Part shown: positions 33,886 to 42,465 of the stretch, piece by piece
Layout of the letters: the number at the start of each line of letters is the position of its first letter
How positions within the stretch are numbered: position 1 is the stretch's first letter
Assembly (NCBI GenBank): GCA_035300145.1
Contig: DATGVQ010000180.1
Location: forward strand, 1,232 to 65,231
Source: Acidiferrobacterales bacterium
GTDB lineage: Bacteria; Pseudomonadota; Gammaproteobacteria; Acidiferrobacterales; DATGVQ01
Direction: 5' to 3'
DNA length: 64,000 nt
Translations under genes and position numbers: made by a program
Notes under the pieces: generated by a model
Told to the model about the DNA's origin: nothing
Database searches by the model: none
Seen by the model: the letters and a program-made list of their open reading frames with translations, nothing else

Positions 33886-35247
33886 ATGAAGCATCAGGAA
33901 AAAACACCGGCTACCACGATTGCCGCTATCGCCACCGCGCCTGGACCGGGCGGGATAGGCATCGTACGCATTTCCGGCCCGGCGGTGCGCACCATCGCCA
34001 CGAGCATGCTTGGCAGGCTTCCGCGTCCGCGCCACGCCCAGTTCACCCCGTTTTTTGATCACGCGCACCAGCCCATCGATCAAGGCCTGGCGCTGTTTTT
34101 TCCCACGCCGCACTCGTTTACCGGCGAAGACGTGCTGGAACTGCATGCGCACGGCGGGCCGGTAGTTTTAGACCTGCTGCTGCGGCGCGCCATTGCCTCG
34201 GGTGCGCGCCTTGCGCGCCCCGGCGAGTTTTCCGAGCGCGCGTTTTTGAATGGCAAACTGGATCTGGTGCAGGCGGAGGCGGTCGCCGATTTGATCGCAA
34301 GCGGCTCGGAAAGCGCGGCGCGGTCGGCGATGCGCTCGCTGCAGGGGGTTTTTTCCGAGCGTGTACGCCAGCTGGTCGAGGATCTTATTCACGTGCGCAT
34401 GTTTGTCGAATCGGCCATTGATTTTCCCGAGGAGGAAATCGATTTTCTTGCCGAGCAAGAGCTGCATGCGCGTTTAAGGGATTTGCAAGAACAGATCGCC
34501 GCTTTATTGGAAGCCGCCAAGCAAGGCTGTTTGTTGCACGAGGGCGCCACCGTGGTGTTAGTCGGCCGCCCGAATGCCGGCAAATCCAGCCTGCTTAATG
34601 CGCTGGCGCAGACCGATGCCGCTATCGTCAGTGATATCCCGGGAACCACGCGCGACTTGCTGCGCGAGCAAATTCAAATAGACGGACTGCCGCTGCACAT
34701 CATCGATACCGCCGGCTTACGCCCGGCGCGGGACGCCATTGAGAGCGAAGGCGTGCGCCGCGCACAGGTGGCTATGACGCGCGCCAACCATGCGCTGGTG
34801 CTGATGGACGACACCCTGTCCGGTAGCGCCGCCGCGGAGTTGTTAACGGAACTACCCGCCGGCGTGGCCCACACCCTGGTGTACAACAAGATCGATTTAA
34901 CCGGCCGCGCGCCGGGTTTGATCAAAACTGGATCCGGGGCCGCGATTGCGTTATCGGCCAAGACCGGCGCGGGTTTGGACGCGCTGCGCCAACATTTAAA
35001 AAAAGTAATGGGGTTTGAGGCCGCCGGCGAAGGCACGTTCATGGCGCGGCGGCGCCACCTGGACGCAATTCGGCGCGCGCAGGCGCACGTAGAAACCGGC
35101 GTCGACCGATTGCAACAGGCGCGCGCCGGCGAGCTGCTCGCGGAAGAATTGCGCCTGGCACAGCAGGCGCTGGGCGAGATCACCGGCGAATTTACCCCAG
35201 ACGACCTGCTTGGCCGCATTTTTTCGAGTTTCTGCATCGGGAAATAA
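33886..35247 (+). CDS. mnmE: tRNA modification GTPase MnmE
   Basis: Start at the ATG at 33886 ([21 protein letters not shown] region). G-domain [18 protein letters not shown], and the C-terminal FCIGK. Confidence 0.95.
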   Translation: MKHQEKTPATTIAAIATAPGPGGIGIVRISGPAVRTIATSMLGRLPRPRHAQFTPFFDHAHQPIDQGLALFFPTPHSFTGEDVLELHAHGGPVVLDLLLRRAIASGARLARPGEFSERAFLNGKLDLVQAEAVADLIASGSESAARSAMRSLQGVFSERVRQLVEDLIHVRMFVESAIDFPEEEIDFLAEQELHARLRDLQEQIAALLEAAKQGCLLHEGATVVLVGRPNAGKSSLLNALAQTDAAIVSDIPGTTRDLLREQIQIDGLPLHIIDTAGLRPARDAIESEGVRRAQVAMTRANHALVLMDDTLSGSAAAELLTELPAGVAHTLVYNKIDLTGRAPGLIKTGSGAAIALSAKTGAGLDALRQHLKKVMGFEAAGEGTFMARRRHLDAIRRAQAHVETGVDRLQQARAGELLAEELRLAQQALGEITGEFTPDDLLGRIFSSFCIGK

Positions 35248-35288
35248 ACGAGTCGGGACCGTGGTGCGGGGCGCGCGCAGCGGGCGCG

Positions 35289-37301
35289 TTATACCGACAG
35301 CGTCGCCACGCGCCGCTTGAGCGCGCGCAGCCTGCCGGCTGCAGGCGCGGAGCCATAACGCAACGCGAGGTAATGCTCGGTCACGCCCTCGATCTCAGCC
35401 GCGAGATCCGGACGGCGCGCGGCGCAACGCCGCGCGAAATCGAGCGCGCCTTCATGCGGCGCGCGGGTGAGCCCCGCGCGCGCCAATTTGCGGCAGAATT
35501 TAACATAGAGCGCCTGCGCCGGATCGGGGTGTGTTCGCGGATATAAGGCGATGGCCGCTAGCGCCAAAATTACCAGCGTGCCTACGAGCGCCAGGCTCGT
35601 CACCATCTCCACCCAAGACGGCGTCTTGAATCCCAACCAGGTAAGAAACTGTTGTTGCCGCTCCTGCCCATAATCGGAGATCCAGCGGCTCCAGCCGTTG
35701 TTAAACGCATCCCACAACAATTGCGTCTGTCTTAGGCCGGCATCAAACCAGCCCAGCCTGATGGCGGCTAACACCGCCTCGTTGGCCAAGCGGCCGGGAA
35801 CCGCCCCCTGGCGCTCCAGCCGGCGCACCGCCTCCAACCCGTATTCCACCCGCTCAGGCGCCACCGCCGCGGTCGGGTCCACCCGTATCCATCCCTGGCC
35901 GGGCAGCCACACCTCGGCCCAGGCATGGGCATCGGCTTGGCGCACGATAAAATACTTCCCGGCGGGATTATATTCTGCGCCGAGATAACCGATCACCACC
36001 CGGCTGGGAACACCCGCCGCGCGCATCAAGGTAACAAAGGCAGCGGCAAAATGTTCGCAGAACCCGCGGCGGGTCGTGAACAAAAATTCTTCCACCGGAT
36101 TCTCTCCCAGCGCCGGCGGCCGCAAGGTGTAAACGAAATTTTCTTGCCGAAAATAGGTTAACGCCGCACGCACAATCGTAAGCTCGGTCTGAAGGCGCCG
36201 CCAGCGCGCCGCCAATTCCCGTACCCGCATCCCGGTATTTTCCGGTAATTGCAGGGCCTGCGCGCGCTCCGCGGCGCTGATAGCGCCGGTGTTGTAGGAC
36301 GGGTAGGAGGTGAGGGAATAACGCACACGTTCCCGGATCGGCTGGTTGTATTCCAATAGATAACCGGGAGTGGCCCGCGCCATATTTGGAACGGACGCCG
36401 GCAGATCCAGCGCCGGCAGCCAACGATACCTGCTGGGTTCAAGCACGATATCGTAGGCTACCGCTGGGCCTAGCGCTTGATAAGACAACGCCGCCGGCAG
36501 CCGCGGCCCGCCCACCGGGCGGGTGCGCGTCCAGGTTTGTCCATCGGTGTGCGACAACACTAAAACGCGCCAATAAAGCTGGTCGGGTTTAGGCGCCGCC
36601 GGTTTAAACTCGACGCGAAACGCCACCTCGGTGGATTCGGTTAAATCCAGCACGCTGCCGGGTCGCATGGTGTCGCTCATCCCGGTGGAACCGGCGCGCG
36701 CATCCTGCGGCAGGCCCCACAAGCCTCCTTGGATGCGCGGGAATAGAAAATAAATGACCAGCATGAGCGGCAACGCCAGCAGCATTAACTGCCCCGCCAG
36801 GCGCAGCCGGTCATGGGCTTGCGCGCCGCCCGGTTGGGTTAAGCGGAAAAGCGTAGCGGTGGTGAGTATAACCGCCATTAGCATATGGGCAGCCAGCCAA
36901 ATGGCCTGGGAATGAAGAAAGCCACCCAAGATCAGGATATAGAGCAGGAACACAGCCAGCATGTAATCGCGCAGGCCGCGCAGCTCCAAAAACTTAAAGC
37001 CGAGCAGAACTACCAGCAAACCAAGGCTGGCATCGCGTCCCAATAGCGCACCATAGTGTTTATAGACGGCGACGACCGCAAGCCCCGCCATCGCCAGGCG
37101 CAGCACACGATTGGGCAGCGGCCAGCCATGATGTTCGGAGACATAACGCCATGCCAGTAAGCAGGCGAGCAGTAGCGCGATCCATATCGGTAAGTGCGGG
37201 AGCAGGGGCAATACCGCCCAAACCGTGCAGAGCAACACCCAGACGAGGGCGCCGCGCCCGGGGCGCGCTTCATCATCCAGGACCGGCGTCGTATCAGGCA
37301 T
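35289..37301 (-). CDS. TgpA-like transglutaminase-domain membrane protein
   Basis: 670 aa. Multi-TM N-terminal half, a transglutaminase core with the catalytic Cys context RRGFCEHFAAAFVTLMRAAGVPSRVV and HAWAEVW, and a C-terminal TM plus DUF4129-like tail. Third gene of the MoxR operon. Confidence 0.8.
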   Translation of the reverse strand: MPDTTPVLDDEARPGRGALVWVLLCTVWAVLPLLPHLPIWIALLLACLLAWRYVSEHHGWPLPNRVLRLAMAGLAVVAVYKHYGALLGRDASLGLLVVLLGFKFLELRGLRDYMLAVFLLYILILGGFLHSQAIWLAAHMLMAVILTTATLFRLTQPGGAQAHDRLRLAGQLMLLALPLMLVIYFLFPRIQGGLWGLPQDARAGSTGMSDTMRPGSVLDLTESTEVAFRVEFKPAAPKPDQLYWRVLVLSHTDGQTWTRTRPVGGPRLPAALSYQALGPAVAYDIVLEPSRYRWLPALDLPASVPNMARATPGYLLEYNQPIRERVRYSLTSYPSYNTGAISAAERAQALQLPENTGMRVRELAARWRRLQTELTIVRAALTYFRQENFVYTLRPPALGENPVEEFLFTTRRGFCEHFAAAFVTLMRAAGVPSRVVIGYLGAEYNPAGKYFIVRQADAHAWAEVWLPGQGWIRVDPTAAVAPERVEYGLEAVRRLERQGAVPGRLANEAVLAAIRLGWFDAGLRQTQLLWDAFNNGWSRWISDYGQERQQQFLTWLGFKTPSWVEMVTSLALVGTLVILALAAIALYPRTHPDPAQALYVKFCRKLARAGLTRAPHEGALDFARRCAARRPDLAAEIEGVTEHYLALRYGSAPAAGRLRALKRRVATLSV

Positions 37302-38193
37302 GAAACAGCGCCAACGCCGTAAGACACCGATGCTGATGCTGGAAGCCGCGCGCCGGCATTATGGTCTGGCCGGGCAGGCGCAACCCGTAATGGACCCCGG
37401 TCTGCTCCGCATCCAATATCCAGCGGCACAACTGGCTCAAACGCGCCTCCGAATCCATGCCGGGTAGCGCGTTCCAGTCCAACCAAACCAGACCCACGTC
37501 GGCGCCGCCGAATTGCTTGGTGTACATCCCTTGTCCACGCGCCACCGCCTTCCAATGCACGTGTCGCGGCGAGTCGCCGGGATAAAAACCGCGCAGGCCG
37601 ATAAAATCATTATCACCGGTCCCGGTCCCGGTTAATTGGGACCCGTGCGATTCACTGGTTGCGGGAAGCTCCCGCGAAGGCCCGGGGCGCGGGTAAACCA
37701 AACAGCGCAGGTCAAGCTCGATGCGGCGCGACCACGAACGCAGCAGGCCTAGCGGGTAACGGGTATAAACAACGAAAGGCGGGGCGGAGACATAACCGCG
37801 CTGTTGGGTCGGTACGGTTAGGTTGATACATCGGTTTTGCAGTGCCGGCAGATCGACCCGGGCCATCAAGGTTTTAGTTTGTTTTATGCCGATGCCAAGG
37901 CGCGGACGCGGCCCATCGTTGTATAGGCAGATGCCGACCTGCGCGTCTTGTCCCGCGAATACCGGCGGGCAGACCCCGGGCCCGATGCGCAGGTGGAGCA
38001 GATTGCGGTGGGTGTAAAACATAGAGACGTTGGCCATCGCGGCCAATAAGAATACGAGCAGATAAGCGAGCCCGTTGCTGTAGTTAACGGCGGCCAACAA
38101 TAAAACCAGCAGCACCAGCGCGAACAATAAACCATGGCGCGTGGGCAGCATAAACAATTGCCGCCGGGTTAGGCTGACACTGGCGGCGCGCAT
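37294..38193 (-). CDS. DUF58-domain protein (MoxR-associated)
   Basis: Start set at the ATG at 38193 (MRAASVSLTRRQLFMLPTRHG...). This forms a TGATG stop/start overlap with moxR. The longer track ORF (to 38475) is an Arg/Ala-rich out-of-context extension inside moxR. Has the motif DFIGLRGFYPGDSPRHVHWKA. Confidence 0.75.
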   Translation of the reverse strand: MRAASVSLTRRQLFMLPTRHGLLFALVLLVLLLAAVNYSNGLAYLLVFLLAAMANVSMFYTHRNLLHLRIGPGVCPPVFAGQDAQVGICLYNDGPRPRLGIGIKQTKTLMARVDLPALQNRCINLTVPTQQRGYVSAPPFVVYTRYPLGLLRSWSRRIELDLRCLVYPRPGPSRELPATSESHGSQLTGTGTGDNDFIGLRGFYPGDSPRHVHWKAVARGQGMYTKQFGGADVGLVWLDWNALPGMDSEARLSQLCRWILDAEQTGVHYGLRLPGQTIMPARGFQHQHRCLTALALFHA

Positions 38194-39155
38194 CAAGGAA
38201 TCGGCACCGCCTGCAACAGACGCGCAACCAGCGCCGCAGACGTGTCGCTTGCGGCGCTTTCCGCCGCGGGCAGCAGCCGGTGCCCGAATACGCCCGGCGC
38301 CAACGCCTGCACGTCCTCCGGCAACACCATGTCGCGCCCTTCGAGCAGCGCCCAGGCGCGCGCTGCGCGCAACAACGCCAACCCGGCGCGCGGCGACAGC
38401 CCGCGGGCGAACAGCGCCGACTGGCGGCTTGCCGCCAACAGGTCTTGAATATAGTCCAGCAGGGCGTCGCTGCAATAGACGCGCTCCGCGCGCCGCTGTA
38501 ATTCCAACAAACGCACGCCGGTCAGCGCGGGTTGCACGCCGTTTAACATCTCGCGGCGCTCGCCGCCTTTTAATAAATCCCGCTCCGCGGACCGGCCTGG
38601 ATAGCCCATCTCGATGCGCATTAAAAATCGGTCCAACTGGGACTCCGGCAAGGGAAAAGTGCCGATCTGGTGATGCGGGTTCTGGGTGGCGACAACGAAA
38701 AAGGGCTCAGGCAATTTGAAGCTGGTGCCATCATAGGTTACCTGGCGTTCTTCCATGGCCTCTAATAGGGCGCTCTGGGTCTTAGGCGTGGCGCGGTTGA
38801 TTTCATCCGCAAGTATCAATTGCGCAAACACCGGGCCGGCGTGAAAGCGGAACTGCTGGGTCTCCGGTTGGTAAATCGAGACACCGATAATATCCGCAGG
38901 TAACAAATCGCTGGTGAACTGAATGCGCTTAAAATCCAAACCTAACACCCGCGCCAATATCTGCGCCAGCGTGGTTTTTCCCACACCGGGTATGTCTTCA
39001 ATCAACAAATGCCCGCGCGCGATCATACAACAAATAGCCAGGCGCACCTGTTTTTCCTTGCCCAATACCACCCGCCCGATTTGGGTAATAGCGTTATTTA
39101 GAGACATCTCCATATCTGCCCTTTGCGCTGGTTGTTTAAAGACTTTTTCTGCCAT
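38193..39155 (-). CDS. MoxR-family AAA+ ATPase
   Basis: 320 aa. Walker A EDIPGVGKTTLA, Walker B ILADEINRA, VVATQNP. Confidence 0.9.
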   Translation of the reverse strand: MAEKVFKQPAQRADMEMSLNNAITQIGRVVLGKEKQVRLAICCMIARGHLLIEDIPGVGKTTLAQILARVLGLDFKRIQFTSDLLPADIIGVSIYQPETQQFRFHAGPVFAQLILADEINRATPKTQSALLEAMEERQVTYDGTSFKLPEPFFVVATQNPHHQIGTFPLPESQLDRFLMRIEMGYPGRSAERDLLKGGERREMLNGVQPALTGVRLLELQRRAERVYCSDALLDYIQDLLAASRQSALFARGLSPRAGLALLRAARAWALLEGRDMVLPEDVQALAPGVFGHRLLPAAESAASDTSAALVARLLQAVPIP

Positions 39156-39373
39156 TTATACAAAATACTATAGAGGAGAAATCCGCCGTCCGGACCCGCC
39201 CAGGCCCGCACCCATATTTCTAATGCGTGCGTCTGCTAAGATTGAAATGAGGGCTTAATTGCCCGATTCGGCAAGTAAGGGCCATATGCTGCTAAATTGA
39301 GGGTGAAAATGTCACAGCTATATTTAACGCGCGATACCAAGCCGCACCGCCAACTTCAGGAGGGAACCGCATC

Positions 39374-41638
39374 GTGAGCCGCCTTCTTCACATGACCCCC
39401 CCCGCCCGCGGCACGGCTTTTCAGCGTTGGGGCAAGACTATCGAGTTGTTTCCGGTACATACCATACTCCTATTCACGGTGATGCTATTAACCGGTGTTG
39501 CCGGCCTGCTGTGGTATTCCTCGCATCTAACGGCGGCCATCACCGCGTTTGTGCTGTCGGTGTTGGCGTTTGTGATCCACCGATTGCGCCGTGTCTCGGC
39601 CGGGCTGCGCGAGAGTGAAGGTAAAATTAAAAGCCTAATTGAAAACTCTCCAGACCTGGTCTGGGCTTATTATTTTGATAAACGCCCGGCATTTGTCAGC
39701 CGTGACGGCTGCGATTACTCCGCTGCCGAATGGCAGGCAGGCGGCCCGGAGTTTTTTATCTCCGTGTGCATGCCGGACGCCCGGCCCCGGCTGAAGAAGG
39801 CGCTGGAATACATGAAAAGCACCGCCGAAGGAGTCACGAACTTAAGATTGAGGCTGCTGGAAAAAAACCAGAAACGTGTGCGCAGTTTTCTAGTGAACAT
39901 GACTCCTATATTAGACGGCGCGGCGCGGGTAGTGGGGGTGCAAGGCGTCAATCACGACATTACCGAGCTCGAGACCGCGCAAAAGGCGCTGCGGGAAAGC
40001 GAGGCGCGGTTCTGGGACATCATTGAGACCGCGCATGATCTGGCCTGGAGCACCGACCGCGAGGGGCGCTGGACTTATTTAAATCAAGCGACCCGGCATA
40101 TTTATGGTTGTGACGCGGAGCAAATGTTGGGCCGCAAAATAAGCGAGGTGGCGCATCCCGATCATATGGAAAAAGATGAGCAGGCGTTTCGCCAGGTACT
40201 GGAAGGAAAGGAGGTCACGCAATACGAAACCACCCATCTTCATCAAGACGGCAGCGTGCGCCATTTAAGTTTTAATATTAAGCCGCGCATCGACTCAGGC
40301 TGGGATATTGTTGGCGCTATGGGCACGGCGCGTGACATCACTGAACAAAAACTTTATCAACATCAGCTGGAGCACTTGGCGGAACATGACGCGCTTACCG
40401 GCTTGTACAATCGGCATTATTTTCAGCGGGAGCTGCACAAGATGATGGTAAACGCGCACCGCAATCAGGAATCCTTCGGGTTGCTTTATATCGATGTCGA
40501 TAACTTTAAGTATGTTAATGATACGCTCGGACACACCGCCGGTGACCAGCTATTAATCGAACTGTCGCTGCTGCAACGTGAGCGCATACGTAAAGGCGAC
40601 ATCCTCGCGCGTTTTGGCGGTGATGAATTTACCGTGCTTTTGCACGATATGGACCAGCAAAAAATTCGTGAGGTGGCGGAATCTTTTCATCAACTGTTTG
40701 AGAGTTATACCTTTGTACAAAATGACAAAGTGTTCGACATCCGGGTCAGCATCGGCGCTGCGTTGATTTCAGACGGCGTCAGCAGCGCAGGCGACGTTTT
40801 GGCGCAAGCAGACCTGGCCTGCGCGTTAGCCAAATCCGGCGGCCGCAATCAGATCCATATTTATGATCCAGCCGACCTGGCCAAGGCCGGCATGGCGTCC
40901 GACATGGGCTGGTCACGAAAGATCCACGAGGCATTGGAGCACAACCGGTTTAAATTGTTGTTCCAGCCCATTATAAAAATCAAGGACCATTCAATAGAAC
41001 ATTACGAAGTGCTGCTGCGGATGCGCAGCGAGGACGATACGCTAACCGCGCCCGGCGCTTTCCTATCAACCGCCGAACGTTTCGGGTTAATCCATTCGAT
41101 TGATCGCTGGGTGGTGGAACGCGCGATCGCCCGGCTCGGCGAGCTGCATCAGCGCGGGATGCATTATTGTTTTTCCATTAACTTGTCCGGCCGCGCCTTT
41201 CAAGACGAAGAACTGTTGCCGCGCATCCGCGAGGCGCTGGAGAAAAATTCATTGAACCCCTCCGCGCTTATGTTTGAGATTACCGAGACGGCGGCAATTT
41301 CGCACATGGCCCATGCCAAGGAATTCATCGAACAACTTAAAGCCCTGGGCTGCCGCTTCGCTTTAGATGACTTTGGTTCCGGCTTCAGCTCTTATGGCTA
41401 TCTTAAATTTCTGCCGGTGGACTATCTTAAGATTGACGGCAACTTTGTCCAGCGCCTGGCTGATGATCCGGTGGATCAGGCCATGGTGCAATCCATGAAT
41501 CAGGTGGCGCACGCCCTTGGCAAGCAAACCATCGCGGAGTGCGTGGAAAACGAGGCCAGTCTTCAGCTTTTGCGGGCTTACAATGTGGATTGTGCGCAAG
41601 GTTTTTATCTAGGCAGGCCGTTGCCTGAGATTGAATAG
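39374..41638 (+). CDS. membrane-anchored PAS-PAS-GGDEF-EAL c-di-GMP turnover protein
   Basis: 754 aa. Two N-terminal TM helices and two PAS-like segments. Intact GGDEF (RFGGDEFTVLL) with an RxxD I-site 5 residues upstream (RKGD). The EAL domain has EVLLR, EITE, DDFGSGFSS, KIDGNFV and QGFYLGRP. Confidence 0.9.
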   Translation: MSRLLHMTPPARGTAFQRWGKTIELFPVHTILLFTVMLLTGVAGLLWYSSHLTAAITAFVLSVLAFVIHRLRRVSAGLRESEGKIKSLIENSPDLVWAYYFDKRPAFVSRDGCDYSAAEWQAGGPEFFISVCMPDARPRLKKALEYMKSTAEGVTNLRLRLLEKNQKRVRSFLVNMTPILDGAARVVGVQGVNHDITELETAQKALRESEARFWDIIETAHDLAWSTDREGRWTYLNQATRHIYGCDAEQMLGRKISEVAHPDHMEKDEQAFRQVLEGKEVTQYETTHLHQDGSVRHLSFNIKPRIDSGWDIVGAMGTARDITEQKLYQHQLEHLAEHDALTGLYNRHYFQRELHKMMVNAHRNQESFGLLYIDVDNFKYVNDTLGHTAGDQLLIELSLLQRERIRKGDILARFGGDEFTVLLHDMDQQKIREVAESFHQLFESYTFVQNDKVFDIRVSIGAALISDGVSSAGDVLAQADLACALAKSGGRNQIHIYDPADLAKAGMASDMGWSRKIHEALEHNRFKLLFQPIIKIKDHSIEHYEVLLRMRSEDDTLTAPGAFLSTAERFGLIHSIDRWVVERAIARLGELHQRGMHYCFSINLSGRAFQDEELLPRIREALEKNSLNPSALMFEITETAAISHMAHAKEFIEQLKALGCRFALDDFGSGFSSYGYLKFLPVDYLKIDGNFVQRLADDPVDQAMVQSMNQVAHALGKQTIAECVENEASLQLLRAYNVDCAQGFYLGRPLPEIE

Positions 41639-41639
41639 C

Positions 41640-41690
41640 AGGGTGATGAAAAACTCGTTTTTCAGCACCCTGCGGTGGCCGCTCTCGCGC
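41640..41690. repeat. modular palindromic repeat, copy D (terminal module only, orientation as copy A)
   Basis: agggtgatgaaaaactcgtttttcagcaccctgcggtggccgctctcgcgc. The left arm is the gatg type and the right arm the cagc type, giving one mismatch. Starts 2 nt after the GGDEF-EAL stop. Confidence 0.85.
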
Positions 41691-41736
41691 TGATAGATAA
41701 AATCCGGCCTTCTCAATAGAGATAGTGAGGATGCGA

Positions 41737-42465
41737 ATGAAAGCTACCCGGCGTTTTGTACTGCTCGTAGCGGCCCTGTGCGCGGTCGTCCGGATCGGCA
41801 TGGCGGCGCCCGCTTTTGCCCAAGGGTCGCTGCAATTCGGTTTGTTGCCGTCGCGATCAACCCCGGAGACGATACGCAACTATTCTCCTCTTAAAGCCTA
41901 TCTCGAGCGCGCGTTAAAGCGCGAGATTATTCTCTGTACCGCGCCGGATTTTCGCGAGTATATCCGCCGCACCCGCGCGGGTGAGTACGATTTTCTATGT
42001 ACCTCCGCACCCATGGCAAGACTTGCGCAACAGGAGGCCGGGTTTAAGCCGTTGGTGCGTGTGCGCGATGATTTCTATGGCGTTTTACTGGTCGCTACCG
42101 CCGCGCCCTACAAAAAGACCGCGGACCTCAGGGGCAAGATGGTCGCCACGCCTGATGCGCTGGCCACCGCCAGTGTGCTGGGGCAAAAATTGTTTATCGA
42201 CGCGGGCCTGCAACCAGGGCGTGACATAACACTCAGACCCAGCCCCTCGAGCACCAGCGCTGCCCTGGCTGTTATCTACGGCACCGCGGATGCAGCGCTG
42301 ACCGCGCGTTTACGCATGGCGTTGCTGAATTTCAACAAGAACAAGGAGGAAAGCAGTCAGTTTTTCCAGAGCACCGGCTACACGCCGGTTACTGAAGAAG
42401 ACATGCAATCATTAACGCCGCTCCTAAAGATGCTTAACCAACGTTTAGCACAAGAACAACCGTGA
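41737..42465 (+). CDS. PhnD-like periplasmic substrate-binding protein
   Basis: Signal peptide (MKATRRFVLLVAALCAVV...APAFA) followed by LQFGLLPSRSTPETIRNYSPLKAYLE. This resembles the phosphonate-type SBP fold often placed before sensor kinases. The start could also be 41725 or 41731. Confidence 0.6.
   Translation: MKATRRFVLLVAALCAVVRIGMAAPAFAQGSLQFGLLPSRSTPETIRNYSPLKAYLERALKREIILCTAPDFREYIRRTRAGEYDFLCTSAPMARLAQQEAGFKPLVRVRDDFYGVLLVATAAPYKKTADLRGKMVATPDALATASVLGQKLFIDAGLQPGRDITLRPSPSSTSAALAVIYGTADAALTARLRMALLNFNKNKEESSQFFQSTGYTPVTEEDMQSLTPLLKMLNQRLAQEQP

Noticed and set aside
38194-38475. N-terminal 94-residue extension of the DUF58 ORF, and the 192-aa plus-strand ORF 38141-38719.
   Set aside because: Both overlap the well-supported MoxR gene and consist of Arg/Ala/Gly-rich sequence typical of off-frame reading of GC-rich DNA.
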